From the NCBI GenBank assembly GCA_905178155.1, contig CAJINV010000002.1, positions 303,713-367,712 of the forward strand: a stretch of DNA of 64,000 bases. Reading direction: 5' to 3'. Under the pieces are notes generated by a model, which searched no databases, was not told the origin of the DNA, and worked only from the letters and a program-made list of their open reading frames with translations. This DNA comes from Amoebophrya sp. A120 (lineage: Eukaryota > Protista > Dinoflagellata). This document shows positions 25,529-36,695 of this stretch, piece by piece. How positions within the stretch are numbered: the first letter of the stretch is position 1; every line of letters starts with the position of its first letter. The position numbers were made by a program, and so were the translations under genes.

Positions 25529-25955
25529 AATCCGCGAAATTTGAAAATTTTATCTTTATTGCTGTGTGGGACAAATAGAAAAAAACGGAATTAGCCTGAC
25601 AACAGAGGCGTATCGATTCAAGAGTTCCAAAAGGCATTGCACATACACACAAATGCACTAATACATCCTGATATCCTGTATTTTGATTGAAAAAATTAAA
25701 ATTTTATTTTTGTTCAACTTGAAAATCCGCGAAATTTTAAAATTTTATTTTTATTGGAAGGAAACAAAAGCCGCAATCTGCATCACACATACCTGGCGCT
25801 GATGTTCACACAATGAAAACCGCCTGACAACATCCAGTAATATCGCTCCAAGCAATATTCCTTGGACCTTTTCTTTATAGAATCCGCGAAATTTCAAAAT
25901 TTTATTTTTATTTCCTTCGAAAATCCGCGAATTTTCAAAATTTTATTTTTATTGG
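25529..25955. repeat. Four dispersed copies of an AT-rich motif of about 33 bp
   Basis: AATCCGCGAA(A/T)TTTNAAAATTTTAT(T/C)TTTATT at 25529, 25724, 25881, 25922. Confidence 0.8.
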
Positions 25956-27102
25956 CGACGCATTCTCTTTTCCACAAACAAACATAAAATCCCAGCTCTT
26001 TGTCTTACAGCGACCGTCCACTCCCCTAGACCGGCCCCAACCCAGTGGCCCCAGAAGATCTTGTCCTTCGTCGCAGCAATCCACCCTCGTGAATGATGCG
26101 CCGCACGATGCTCTGATGGATCGTACTTTCCCCGGCGATCATACCGTCGCGTATCACATTATTCTGCATGGTATACTACTAGAGGATGATCTTTTCGAAA
26201 ATAAGTGGCAGTTTGGTTTGCACGGCGCGATCATACACATCCTCCTTCTGAAATGCACGTTTACAAACACCTTCCTTTCGTCAAAGATCATAGTGGAACA
26301 CCAGCTCTCGTCGCTCTCGGCACTGCGATTAGCGACACAGCGCTTTTCAGAAGATCTAGGGCGATACCCTCAGGTAGAAGCTCCTTGTGCAGCCCATAAT
26401 GTTCTTGTGTACAACAGTTCATGAGAATTGTGGTGGTGCGGTTCGATGGTGATGGAGAGTTTTCTTCTTTTTTGTAGTTTCAGCAGTCAAAATGCTATTA
26501 TACAGGTGCGATGCTCTTTATAAGAAACTGTTTAGATTTTTTCGCAGACGAGCACTTTTAAGCTGTTGGGCCACCAAGTCCTCGTGGTGACCCATTTAAC
26601 TCACAATTGTGCTCACAGTTCGTTTTTCGTTTTCGCAAAATAGGCCGTGCGTAACCTTCATCTCTGTGTATCCGACGTACAAATACGGCGTGACGTCATT
26701 TTTTTCAATTTGAAATTTGCTTTAGAGCTAATTGGTTTTGGTGTAATGTATTCTTTAACTTGATAAAAACTAAAACGCGGCGAAAAAAAATCGCGGTCCT
26801 TCTTCCCCCGGTTGCTGCTGCAGAGCGTCGATTTGCCCCTTCTACGGCCTCCACGTATCACCAAACAGCACCTAGAATCTCCATCAGCTCATAGGGTATT
26901 TCCTTTAGAAACAGAGTTCTGTATCGTAGGGAAGAAAACAAAAAGCAAAAGTCACTCCAACTCGTCGTGTCTTGCATCATAGCTAAACGAGCTTTTTGCC
27001 ATGCTGGCGCCAATGCATGGATAAACATCTGCGCTTTGGTTTCTTGATGCATGGAAGACAAATCACTTGTTTTATGATACGCTTGTTGTAAAAGCAGGTT
27101 CC

Positions 27103-27752
27103 TTACAAGGGATACGGTGGTGGCGAGCAGATGGCGCTCTCTGTTGATCGGGGACCGCATGTGTTCGAAAACACGCAGTGGATGCAGCATGCGGCGGCGG
27201 CTGCATTGGCGCACTCTGGCGGGCAGTTTGTTGCGACTGGCGACAGGCAGCAGCTGAAGAACGTGCAACAAATGCAGGTCGCGACGTTCGGGTTATTTAA
27301 GTGCCTGCAAATCCAGAACGTTGGCGGGTATCGCTATCGCCTGGCGTGCGGGTCGAAACCACACATGACTTATGCATTGCAAATATGTCTGGGTCTGGAA
27401 GAATGCAGGAGTTTGTCATGCAGATTTTGCATGACCAGCTATAGGGTTTGTGATGCCTGCCCTAACGCCAGAGATTCTGCGAGGGCTTTCTGATGCTCAT
27501 ACCGCATGGGAAATGCCCTCTCCACATATCAAAAATCGGACGTCTTTTGCTGTTCATGCAATACAGATTTATTGTAGAATCCAAATCCAGCATCACCAGC
27601 TGTATCCTTCCAGACCCAGACATATTTGCACTGGATATGGATTCGGTGTCGCTGCAAATCAGCTGGAAGTACCTCATACAGCAGAACTCATCCAGAAACC
27701 AATCGAGGAAGCAAGGTATGGAAAATAAATTGAGCTCGTTTATTTTGAACAA
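27103..27752 (-). pseudogene. Cys-rich coding fragment with an introner and one in-frame TAG
   Basis: Spliced LFSIPCFLDWFLDEFCC...TESMCGFDPHARR*RYPPTFWICRH...CICCTFFSCC...CCIHC...; the plus-strand spliced frame is also open, so strand is uncertain. Confidence 0.4.
27371..27637. mobile_element. Introner element family A
   Basis: TIR, TAT...ATA ends, TSD TGACT/TGGAT. Confidence 0.88.
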
Positions 27753-28117
27753 ATCTGATTGTCGCCACGTGGAAAAATGCCTTCGCTCCTATTTCTCGTT
27801 TTCTCTTCTCTCTAGATTAGTCTCGAAGCAGCGAGGACTACGTTAAAAGCATTCGGCGCACTACGTTTTTTACAAGATGCAAAGCACTACATCACATGAC
27901 AAACTCGACGTTTGGGCGCAGCTTGTTCTTCAAAAAGCTCGTTTATTCTTCCTCCGCATAAAACAGTCTCGTGGCGTCGGATTTCGTTTTTTATGGAAAG
28001 GAAAAATCATAGACGAGAGAGCTACAAAAGGAGATGAAAGTTGTCGGTGTTTGCATAAACTACCCAAAGAATTTCGGTTTCAGCACGTTCGTACAGCTTT
28101 TAAAAAGGAGAGAATTG

Positions 28118-31100
28118 TCACACCGTGAATAGACGTTCGACAAAAACAAGGAGCCGTCCACCTCTACATCTTTCTGCGCTTCTCGGCACTAAAATAGTCA
28201 AAGCACTTTCCAATTTTCGTACGGTGCGGTCCAGTACTGCGGGGACGAGGAAAGGTAGTGTGGTACTAGTATTCATTTTTCTTGCAAAAGCATCGCATTG
28301 ATAGCACAAATCGCATGACAAATTTATGGAAGATGAAAAATGGAGTTTGTTTTTGTACGCATGCAGACTTAGGTATAGAAACCAGATATGCCAACATGCA
28401 TGGTTGCAATTCGTATCACTATCAGCACGATGCTTTTTGCAGTGAATAAGTGAGTGCTGCGAGGGTGGGCGTTCTGGGGAAGTAGGCGCCATTTCGTGCT
28501 GCTGCGGTGGCGGTGTCAGGTCATCAGCTTCGGCGGGACTCCTCCCTCTACTTTCATCGCCAGCTACACGACTCTCCCCCGCTGGTCGTGCTTGTGTTCC
28601 ACCAGCCTGAATTCCGCCCTGTCCACCTCCGCTTTATGCATTGCAAAAGTATCGCACTCGTATATTAAACGCATTACAAATTTCCTCAGCATGAGAAATG
28701 AAATTTGTAATGCGGATCTACCTTAAGATTACAATTTGTAATGCATGATTCCAATACGATTATCAGATACTTTTGCACAGGGTACGCTTCTTCCGCCACC
28801 CATTCGTTCCGCCGCTTGGCTCGCTGTTAGTTCCAACAGACTGCTGCCATCGGAATTCGAAGCACTTATCCACGAAAAAAAGTCTGTAAGTGTAACTTTT
28901 TTGCAGGAACAGCATCACAGATTTGTTTCGCATGACAGAGAAAACCTGTCATTCGTAGCTAGTACGCGAAAACACGTAAGTACGAAAATTCCCTCTGATG
29001 CACATCCAGCATGACAAGTGTAACTGTATTGCAACGTCTGCAACACAAAGTTACACTTACACAGTTTTTTTCTTGCATAGCGCTACCCGAAGGTCCTCTA
29101 GCGGCACTACTTGCTCTATCGCTCCTGCTAACGTACGTCGGTGAAGAGGCAGGACGAGCAGTAGCGGTCCCTGCTGTGGTCAACTGCTCCTGCCAATCTA
29201 CTGGGCTGGTTTCTATAGTTGGAAGTGCATTGCTGTTGCTGTTTTCAGGACCACCTCGACTTGGAATTTGTATTGCAGGTCTACTCGCTGCATCTTCCTG
29301 TCCTACTGCTCTGCGTCTGGCTTCTTCGCCTATGAGAGTGCACAACTCCCCCTCCCCCTCATTTGTCATGCAAAACACCAAACCCAATCTTTGCCTTGCG
29401 GCACTGTTCGCATGACAAGTTCTGGCAGCCCAAACAAAACTACACTCCTGTGCTGGAATTTTGTCATGCAAGACCTGCATTCTCGCTGACGCTTGTATTG
29501 CTGTGGATGCTCTACCCGAATGAGGGGGAGAGGAAGTTGTGCACTCTCTTATCGCCCACGCCGACCTCATTTCCATCTTCATCCACGGTCCGGAACTTCT
29601 GCGCGACATTTGTTATGCGTTGCAAAACTATCCTACTAATTGCAATCCAGCATGACAAACTCTCTTTCTCTACCTGTCCTCGCATGACAAACTCCATTGT
29701 CGTTGTTCCTGGGAACAAATTTTTTCGTGCAAGTTCGATGTTGACTAGTACGGCACAACTTTTGCAACACATATTCGTTCGCGCCCGGCAAATCGGGCAC
29801 TTGAGCTGCTTGTAGCCCTTCGTTGTGACATGGTGTTTCAAGTGCCGAAACAGGCACTCTTTGTGGAACACGTGCCTGCACTATCCAAGAAAAAAACTGT
29901 GTTAGTGTAACTTTCTTTGGCTGACAGCATCACAAATTTGCTCTACATAACAGAGAAAACCTGTCATGCGTGGCTGGTAAGGGAAAACACACATGAAAAG
30001 AGGACTTCGTGGTTGTCTGGCATGACAGACGTAACTCTGTTGCATGTTCTGCATTACAGAGTTACACTTACACAGTTTTTTTCTTGCATATGCACTGCGG
30101 TAAGGCCCGCACCTGCTCGTTGAGGCGGGCCAGGGTCTCTTGTTCCGTGTCGTCCGTTATTTCCACTGAAGATGCGTTCGTACTAGGCGTTGTTGTACCT
30201 CCATGCTGCGAGGAGGTGGTGGTGGAGCAAGGTGTTCTCGTGGATGTTGGTGTAGGACTGCTGCTTGTATTTTTATCAGTACCTCCCGCTTCTGCGCTGC
30301 TGGTGCTTCTGTCACTGCTACTTCCAGCTCCTCCCCGACCTCCGATAGTGGTGTCCTCATCTCTAGTGCAGCCCGGCCGCCGCCTGAAGAACCACTGTGA
30401 AGTAGACGCGTGATACGTTATTGAGAGGAAAAATCCCCCCTCCCCGTATTGAAACGGTATGCTTCCGCAAATTTGCGTTGCTGATTCGTGGCCACAAATC
30501 ACATTTGTCCTGCAAGAAGACAAGAGCAGAAGCTTCCGTCCCATCATGGAAGCGCTTTGCCATGCTAGTGGGCCTGAAGGGGAGCCGTTTGCAATGCTGA
30601 ACAACTAGACCCAAACGCCCCTACGTAGGCTGAGGATCTGGCGGCGGTGCCTTCCTGCAATACAAAGCGTATTTGTGTACACAAATCCAGCATCAGAAAT
30701 TTCGTTTTGATATGGGGAGGGAGGAAATTTTCTTTTGATATACGTCTTCGCCGCTGCCCTTGTCGCGAACTTCAGTTTTCCACTATCCTCCGCGACCTCC
30801 GTATGGGAGTGTCAGGATCGAAATTAACAAAATAAAAATTCTGTAATGCATAAAATGCTACGCAAAAAGCGACTCTAGTGCAGAGGATGCAAGGGAGGCG
30901 GATTGTCGTCGTGGTAAGGGTTGAGAAGTCTTGGGCTGCTGACTAGCATGACAGAAGGCAGCTCTTTTGCCCACCTAAACCGCATGACAGATTCGCTTCC
31001 AGGACTGGGAGAATTTGTCATGCGCCCACTACAAACTGTGGGTCTAACTGGCATCGATTTTGTGCATCACAAGTTTTTCGATTTTGTCAATTTCGAGTCT

Positions 31101-34100
31101 GACACTTCCATACTCCAATGCTTCGTGTATTCAGAAGAAAAATTGATCGATATCGAATCAACTGCATCTTCGTAAAGACCCAACTCTTGTTCCATTCACG
31201 ATTTTTCGATTCCTCGTGACAGATAAATGCAGAAGTCTCATGCAGGTGCAGCGATTTTAATTTTTGCAATCTGATGCAGAGTCATCAAAAATCACTCAAC
31301 ACTCGGGTCCTCTCGCGATTTGGTTGAGACGACAAAACGCTTTCTGCAACCGAGATACTATCTTCCGCCGCGCTTTTATGGAAGTGTCAGAATCGAAATT
31401 GACAAAGTCGAAAAATTACTATTTAGACTGCAGCAAACCAGAACTTTTGAAGCTTTGGGGTATGTTCTGGGGTATGCAAAGTGGCTGCATAGCATCGGGA
31501 TTCGTAATTTGCAGGCCACACCCCAAAACATACCCCAGACACACCCCCGACACACCCCAGACACACCCCCCCGACAAGAACTGCTGAAGCTTTGGGGTGT
31601 GTTCTGGGGTATGCAAAGTGGGTGCGTAGCATCGTGATTTGCAATTTGCAACCCACACCCCAAACACACCCCGGACACACCCCAGACACACCCCAGACAC
31701 ACCCCAGACACACCCCCGACATACCCCAGACACACCCCCGGCCCACACCCCCGACACACACCCCAGACACACACACACAAACATCCGACACACCCCAGGC
31801 AAACCCCGGGGCACACTCCCGAACACACCTCGGGGAAATACAAGCCGGACACATCGTCCCCGAACAGACCCCGGGCGCGTTCGGACGCGACTCCGAATGG
31901 CATGGCCAGCGAGTGTCAACAAAGATAAGCAGGCCCACTCGGGGGGGTGGACCCCGCGAACCCACTCGCCGCCGTGCCTTGGGATGTGTTTGTTGTTGGT
32001 TTGCCCCGTGCGTAGACATTCCGGGCGCGCCGATCTACCAAGCCCCACGCGGGTGCCTTTTCTGCGCCGACAAAACAAGCGCGCGCCCGACTGAGAATGA
32101 AAGGTGGGCGCGTATCTATGGGCCCTGCGCTTTTCTGCAGAGATAGCACAGAAATAACACGGAAGCGAAGGGCCACAGGGGGCTCCTTTTATTCTATTCA
32201 TACACGCCACCACCCAGGCCAAGAACGCCGGGCGCGTCGGCTTTTATTCCAGACCAAGCACAACAGTGGGCCCGCTTGGCGCAAACACGCAGGCACAGAG
32301 AGCGACGGGCGCGCAAACATTCCAGGAGGCGGATCTCCCGAACCCCCGTAGGCGGTCCCGCCCCCATGTGGGCATGGGCCCCCGCGGTGGCGCCACGTCC
32401 AAACATGTGAGAGCGCCTCCCGGGCACCGCAGGCTGGCACGGCCCGCGGCCGGCCGGGCAAGTGCCCAAGGCCAACGCGAGGACTCTGCGCCCGCGCCAT
32501 GACCGAGGGGCGAGCTTTGGGCGCCTGCATCCCGGAGGGAACACCCCATGGCCCGGGCGCCAAACCCCTAGGCAAACGGGGAGACCCTGTCCCAGCGAGC
32601 GTCACCACATGACGGAGGGGCTACCTAGTGGTCACGGGCCCACCCTGCCGGCCCGGACACCGCATGGCCCAGGGGTAAAAGCCCTAGGTCAGCGCGGGGA
32701 CTCTGTCCCCGCGCCATGACCTAGGGGCTAGGTAGCTTTAAGCGCTTCCCGGACAGGCAGCGAGGGAGCGCGCGGCCCAGGGGTAAAAGCCCTAGGTCAG
32801 CGCGGGGACTCTGTCCCCGCGCCATGACCTAGGGGCTAGGTAGCTTTAAGCGCTTCCCGGACAGGCAGCGAGGGAGCGCGCGGCCCAGGGGTAAAAGCCC
32901 TAGGTCAGCGCGGGGACTCTGTCCCCGCGCCATGACCTAGGGGCTAGGTAGCTTTAAGCGCTTCCCGGACAGGCAGCGAGGGAGCGCGCGGCCCAGGGGC
33001 AAAAGCCCTAGGTCAGCGCGGGGACTCTGTCCCCGCGCCATGACCTAGGGGCCAGCTTTGAGCGCTTCCCGGACAGCGAGCGTGCGGCCCAGGGGCAAAA
33101 GCCCTAGGTCAGCGCGGGGACTCTGTCCCCGCGCCATGACCTAGGGGCCAGCTGCAAGCGCTTCCCCTTCCCGAACACGGCCCCGGGGCAAAAGCCCTAG
33201 GTCAGCGCGGTGTGGACTCTGTCCCCGCGTCATGACCTAGGGGCCAGCTGGATGGAAGCGATTCCCGGGAGCCGTACGGCCCAGGCGCAAACGCCGCAGG
33301 TCAGCGCGGGGACTCTGCGGCCGGCCTCTTGCTTTCAGTATAGGTAGCAAGCTCAAAGTTTCGAAATTTCTGGCGTGCTGTCCACGTATCTGCGTGCGCC
33401 ACGTCCTGCAAATGGCGGGAAGGTCGCTGCACGGGGGCCCCCGCCCCCGTGCCCTGACCTTGTTTGTGATGCACAAAATCGATGCCAGTTGGAGCCTCAC
33501 TTTCCAAGTGGCGCATGACAAATTTCGGAAGCACCCAAACCCAGTCTGTCATGCTGTTTGGGCAAAGAAGACTTCTCCTGTCATGCTACTCTGGCAGCAC
33601 ATTGCATACTCCTAAACGGGCTTACATTCGGTCGTATGTGCCTGCTCCCCAATACAGGCCTTCAGTGCTCTACATTTTATGCATCGCAAATTTTTCGATT
33701 TTGTCGATTTCGATCCTGACACATCCATAACTTTCACTTTCCCCACCCGCGCCGCGGCGCCTCTCTGCCATTTCCATATGAACTGCAAAAGTATCGTACT
33801 CGTAGTAGTTGCAGTCATGCATTACAAATCTTTTTCGTTAGGTAAATCCGCATTACAAATTTTATTTCTCATGCTGAGAAAATTTGTAATGCATTTATAC
33901 GAGTACGATACTTTTGCACGACAGGATATTCCAAGTTTGGCGTGAAAACATCCTGCAGAAACGTGACGAGCGAGGGATGTGGTTCTTGACGAGCGCCCGT
34001 TTCTTCTTGCGCCGGCGCACTTGTTCTACTGGCAACTCGTGTACTAGTACTTGCTACTGCGCCGTCTACTTCTATCCGCCCCGGCACCACCGAAATCTCT

Positions 34101-35255
34101 TCCACACAAAGCTCCGCAATCTCGACGGCTTTCAGGTTCTGCTGCAGAAGCCGCTTCAGCAGCTCCTTTTCTTCCGTTGCAGGTGCTAGCTCCGGGAAGA
34201 TCTTCTGTGTTGCACGCACCGCATTGCAACATCTGCTGAAACTGCTGCTGTGTTGTAGAAGTTGCGCTAGTCGTGACGTCGTCTTCTTCCTGCAGTGGGC
34301 AGAGGCAGATCGCGCAATTCTCTTCTTGCTCGACAGGTGAGTCAGTACTAGTCGCAAGAAGGGATGTTGTAGTAGTACCACGCTGTAATCCACGACCCCG
34401 AGTCCCATCTCCCTCTCCGTTTTGGTATTCTTGGTCGTCCGAAGCCGTTCTAGTTGTACGATGCGTCGAAATTATTCCGGTGGCTCCAGCAGCTTCGACG
34501 TCCACCTCTTCTTCCGCCGTCTGAAGAAACGGCTCATACCTCGCCGTTGATGAAAACGAGGAATGAGCACTCCGGCCGCGGCCACTCCTACTCCCCGTAG
34601 CATGATCCCCCGCAGCCCATCCTCGCGGCGAAAAGCCCCGCGTCCTTGTCGTAAGTTCCGCCAAAGGCCTGTCGACCAAATTCCGTCTCAAATTTGACCC
34701 GGCGCCCCGCAACAAAGAGGCTGCGTTCACGAAATACAACTGTTCCTCCCTCGGGCCGCGGGGAGAGAGGGTCCGGTAAGAGGTCGAGCTTCGGTGGTTA
34801 TTTCGTGTTGTACTTCCACGACTGTCTGAGGCGAAAGTAGATGCCGGACGATGTTGTCCAGGTGCTGTTGCTCCGCGCACGAAGGAGGCGGCTTCGGCGA
34901 AGGTAAAAAACTGTCGGGTTTGTTCCAAGCGAGTTGTACTAGGCCCCCTGCATGTACTAGAGACCCTCCCTGCAGCTGTCTCGTCGCACTCACACAGTGG
35001 ATCTTCTGCTCGTTGAGCAGTCCCTTCATCGTCATGTTGTGGAACAAGCAACAGGAAAGCAACCTGTACTACGACAAGAGCAGCTAGTACTACAGCGCAT
35101 GCGCGAGTATTACAACTGCGGCGAGGAGAAGAAGATGTACCTGGCTGTCGTGAGGAACCATGTAGTGCAGCAACACGACAGGCTGTAAAGATGCACAGGT
35201 AGCAGGACGAAGATCGTCCACCAAGAAGGGCTCTACTACCCTTCTTTCCGCGCAT
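28118..35255 (-). CDS. Large RING-H2 protein with N-terminal hydrophobic segment; 11 introner introns; apparent 1-nt frameshift near 34228 (pseudogene or sequence error); 3' end uncertain
   Basis: AVVLAALVVVQVAFLLLV...ENCAICLCPL...[frameshift]...TPNLE|MAERR...ESES|AAED|RAL|EVAED...AKT|YHAS...VRALPQC|RHVFHKECL...LKCPICRARTN|VAQKF...VG|EEARRR...; frame is continuous through the ten junctions from 33928 to 28635. Confidence 0.7.
28270..28448. mobile_element. Degenerate family B element
   Basis: TAT...TGCAAAAGCATCG / CGATGCTTTTTGCAGTGAATA; TSD eroded. Confidence 0.7.
28635..28784. mobile_element. Introner element family B
   Basis: TAT...GTA ends, perfect TSD CGCTT. Confidence 0.9.
28867..29079. 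mobile_element. Introner element family C
   Basis: TSD GCACT/GCGCT. Confidence 0.9.
29331..29551. mobile_element. Introner element family H
   Basis: TATGAGAGTGCACAACT / AGTTGTGCACTCTCTTA; perfect TSD TCGCC. Confidence 0.9.
29614..29773. mobile_element. Degenerate family B element (3n, stop-free)
   Basis: TATGCGTTGCAAAA...TTTTGCAACACATA; TSD TTTGT/TTCGT. Confidence 0.8.
29882..30090. mobile_element. Introner element family C
   Basis: Perfect TSD TGCAC; splits the RING-H2 motif C|RHVFH. Confidence 0.93.
30419..30740. mobile_element. Introner element family D
   Basis: Perfect TSD TACGT. Confidence 0.92.
30802..31112. mobile_element. Introner element family G
   Basis: TSD CTCCG/CTCCA. Confidence 0.9.
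31128..31357. other. Old degenerate introner-derived intron
   Basis: TAT...ATA ends; removal plus 5 nt keeps the frame (AAEDRALE). Confidence 0.55.
31518..31800. repeat. 11-bp minisatellite (ACACACCCCAG)n plus an internal block duplication
   Basis: Direct inspection; GAAGCTTTGGGGT.TGTTCTGGGGTATGCAAAGTGG occurs near 31450 and 31587. Confidence 0.9.
32666..33330. repeat. 108/96-bp GC-rich tandem repeat, about 6.5 units, each containing a long hairpin
   Basis: Units start at 32666, 32774, 32882, 32990, 33086, 33179; CCCTAGGTCA-GCGCGGGGAC-TCT-GTCCCCGCGC-CA-TGACCTAGGG. Confidence 0.92.
33777..33928. mobile_element. Introner element family B
   Basis: Perfect TSD TTCCA. Confidence 0.92.
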
Positions 35256-36695
35256 CCTTTCCTTTTGCTAATTGCACGACCACCTCCTGCTCTGAGGGCA
35301 CGAACAACATCCGAAGCGGGCTTATTTCAATACATCATGCTGAAAACGACGAGCCACGCCGGTGTAAAAAAGGCGGCGGCGACCTAATAAATATTTACAC
35401 GAGATTCATCGACGACACTTGTTCAACTTAGGGTAGGTGCGTTAGGTATTCATGGTCTTCACCGATTCCGATTGGCAAAAAAAATAGTTATGTGAGACCG
35501 ACAAAACACTTGGCTCCGAAACGGGCGAGGCCCGCAACCGCGGCCACTAGGCTCGTGACGGCCAACTAGCTGCAACACCATCCAAGAGCCACCTTCATGG
35601 GCATTCACGAGCAGCCTGCCCCTTTGCCTTTGCCCCCCGCGGCTATTGACCGAATTGCAGGCAGCATGATGAATGATCCGTTCGAATTATAAAGACGAAA
35701 TAAACACGTAACGACGAAGTGAACAAACACACTAGTGGTCGAAGGAGGGCTTCGTCTCTAGTATCGTGCTCTACTACACTTCTTGTTTCAATTTTTTTTT
35801 CCATTAATTATCATACACCAATCATACACGAAGATCTCCATCACGATGTTGACTTATGATAGTCGGCATTTTTGATTTTGGCAGAGACACTTTTACCCAT
35901 GGTCATCCTTGTGCTATCTGTAGTAGGGAGTAACGTAGCTAGTCATCACCAGCATACGGCGACTAGAGGTTTAGTGCAGCAGATATGGAGGTACACGTAG
36001 TTCGACGTGGCCGATCTTTCGACGAAGACAAGCTTCGGCAGCGCTCTGCAGTGTCACTGATATTAGTCCGCCTCCGCCATGCTGTATACTAATCCTGGTA
36101 CAGAAAGCGCTAGAATTTTTGCCTCATACAGGACGCAGACAGGTAAAGGAAGTCAACATGGTTAAATGCCTCGATAGTCTCCTCTTCAATAGACAGCAGG
36201 ACGACCTCCACCATGTAGTTGTAGTTCTAATTTCGACGAAAAAAAAAGAATGATTGTGATAGGAAAGCCCGCTTTGTAAATGAAAAATGGAACGGAAAAA
36301 CAAGATGCCGTAATTTTTGTTCAGAAATGATCATACAAGGCTTCATGTTCTTCTTGTTCGTGATTTTTACTCTAGTAGTTCTTTAATTTGTTGCACAAGA
36401 GTGAACAATTAAGTGGACCAAGATATTTGTTTCCCCTGCTACACAAGAACTCGCGTACCAGGAAAAACTTTCTTTCGATGCTGTGTTGTGAGTAGGTAAG
36501 AAATCAGAAATCTACTTTTTGTTCGTGTGATATATGCATGAGAAATCTACTTTAACTTTTTCCCGCCTCCGCCCTGGGAGCAGAGACATACACTTGCATT
36601 TCGTAATACTCGGCACGACCTGGAGATCGCATCGCGATCTTGAAATACATTCGTCATCTGTTTTTTTACAACACACTTTAAAAATTTGATTTGTC

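Larger units (their letters stand above)
31418..33463. mobile_element. GC-rich non-coding inserted element with minisatellite and hairpin tandem array
   Basis: Interrupts the G element at a TT site; subterminal hairpin GCACGGGGG-N6-CCCCCGTGC near the right end; no credible ORF. Confidence 0.7.
31377..33729. mobile_element. Family G introner carrying a nested insertion of about 2 kb
   Basis: Left G TIR at 31377-31415; the remainder of G resumes at about 33464 and ends at 33729; TSD GCTTT/ACTTT. Confidence 0.85.

Noticed and set aside
23900-26850. Autonomous transposase or recombinase for the introners
   Set aside because: Only short broken ORFs; no DDE, tyrosine recombinase or RT motifs and no flanking introner TIRs recognised
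32666-33330. CRISPR-like array of palindromic repeats
   Set aside because: Sequence between the hairpins is repeated rather than unique, units are about 100 bp, there are no cas genes, and the context is eukaryotic
31264-33615. Overlapping ORFs of up to 267 aa with CLGCV or TPQTH repeats
   Set aside because: Artefacts of the GC-rich minisatellite; no domain signal
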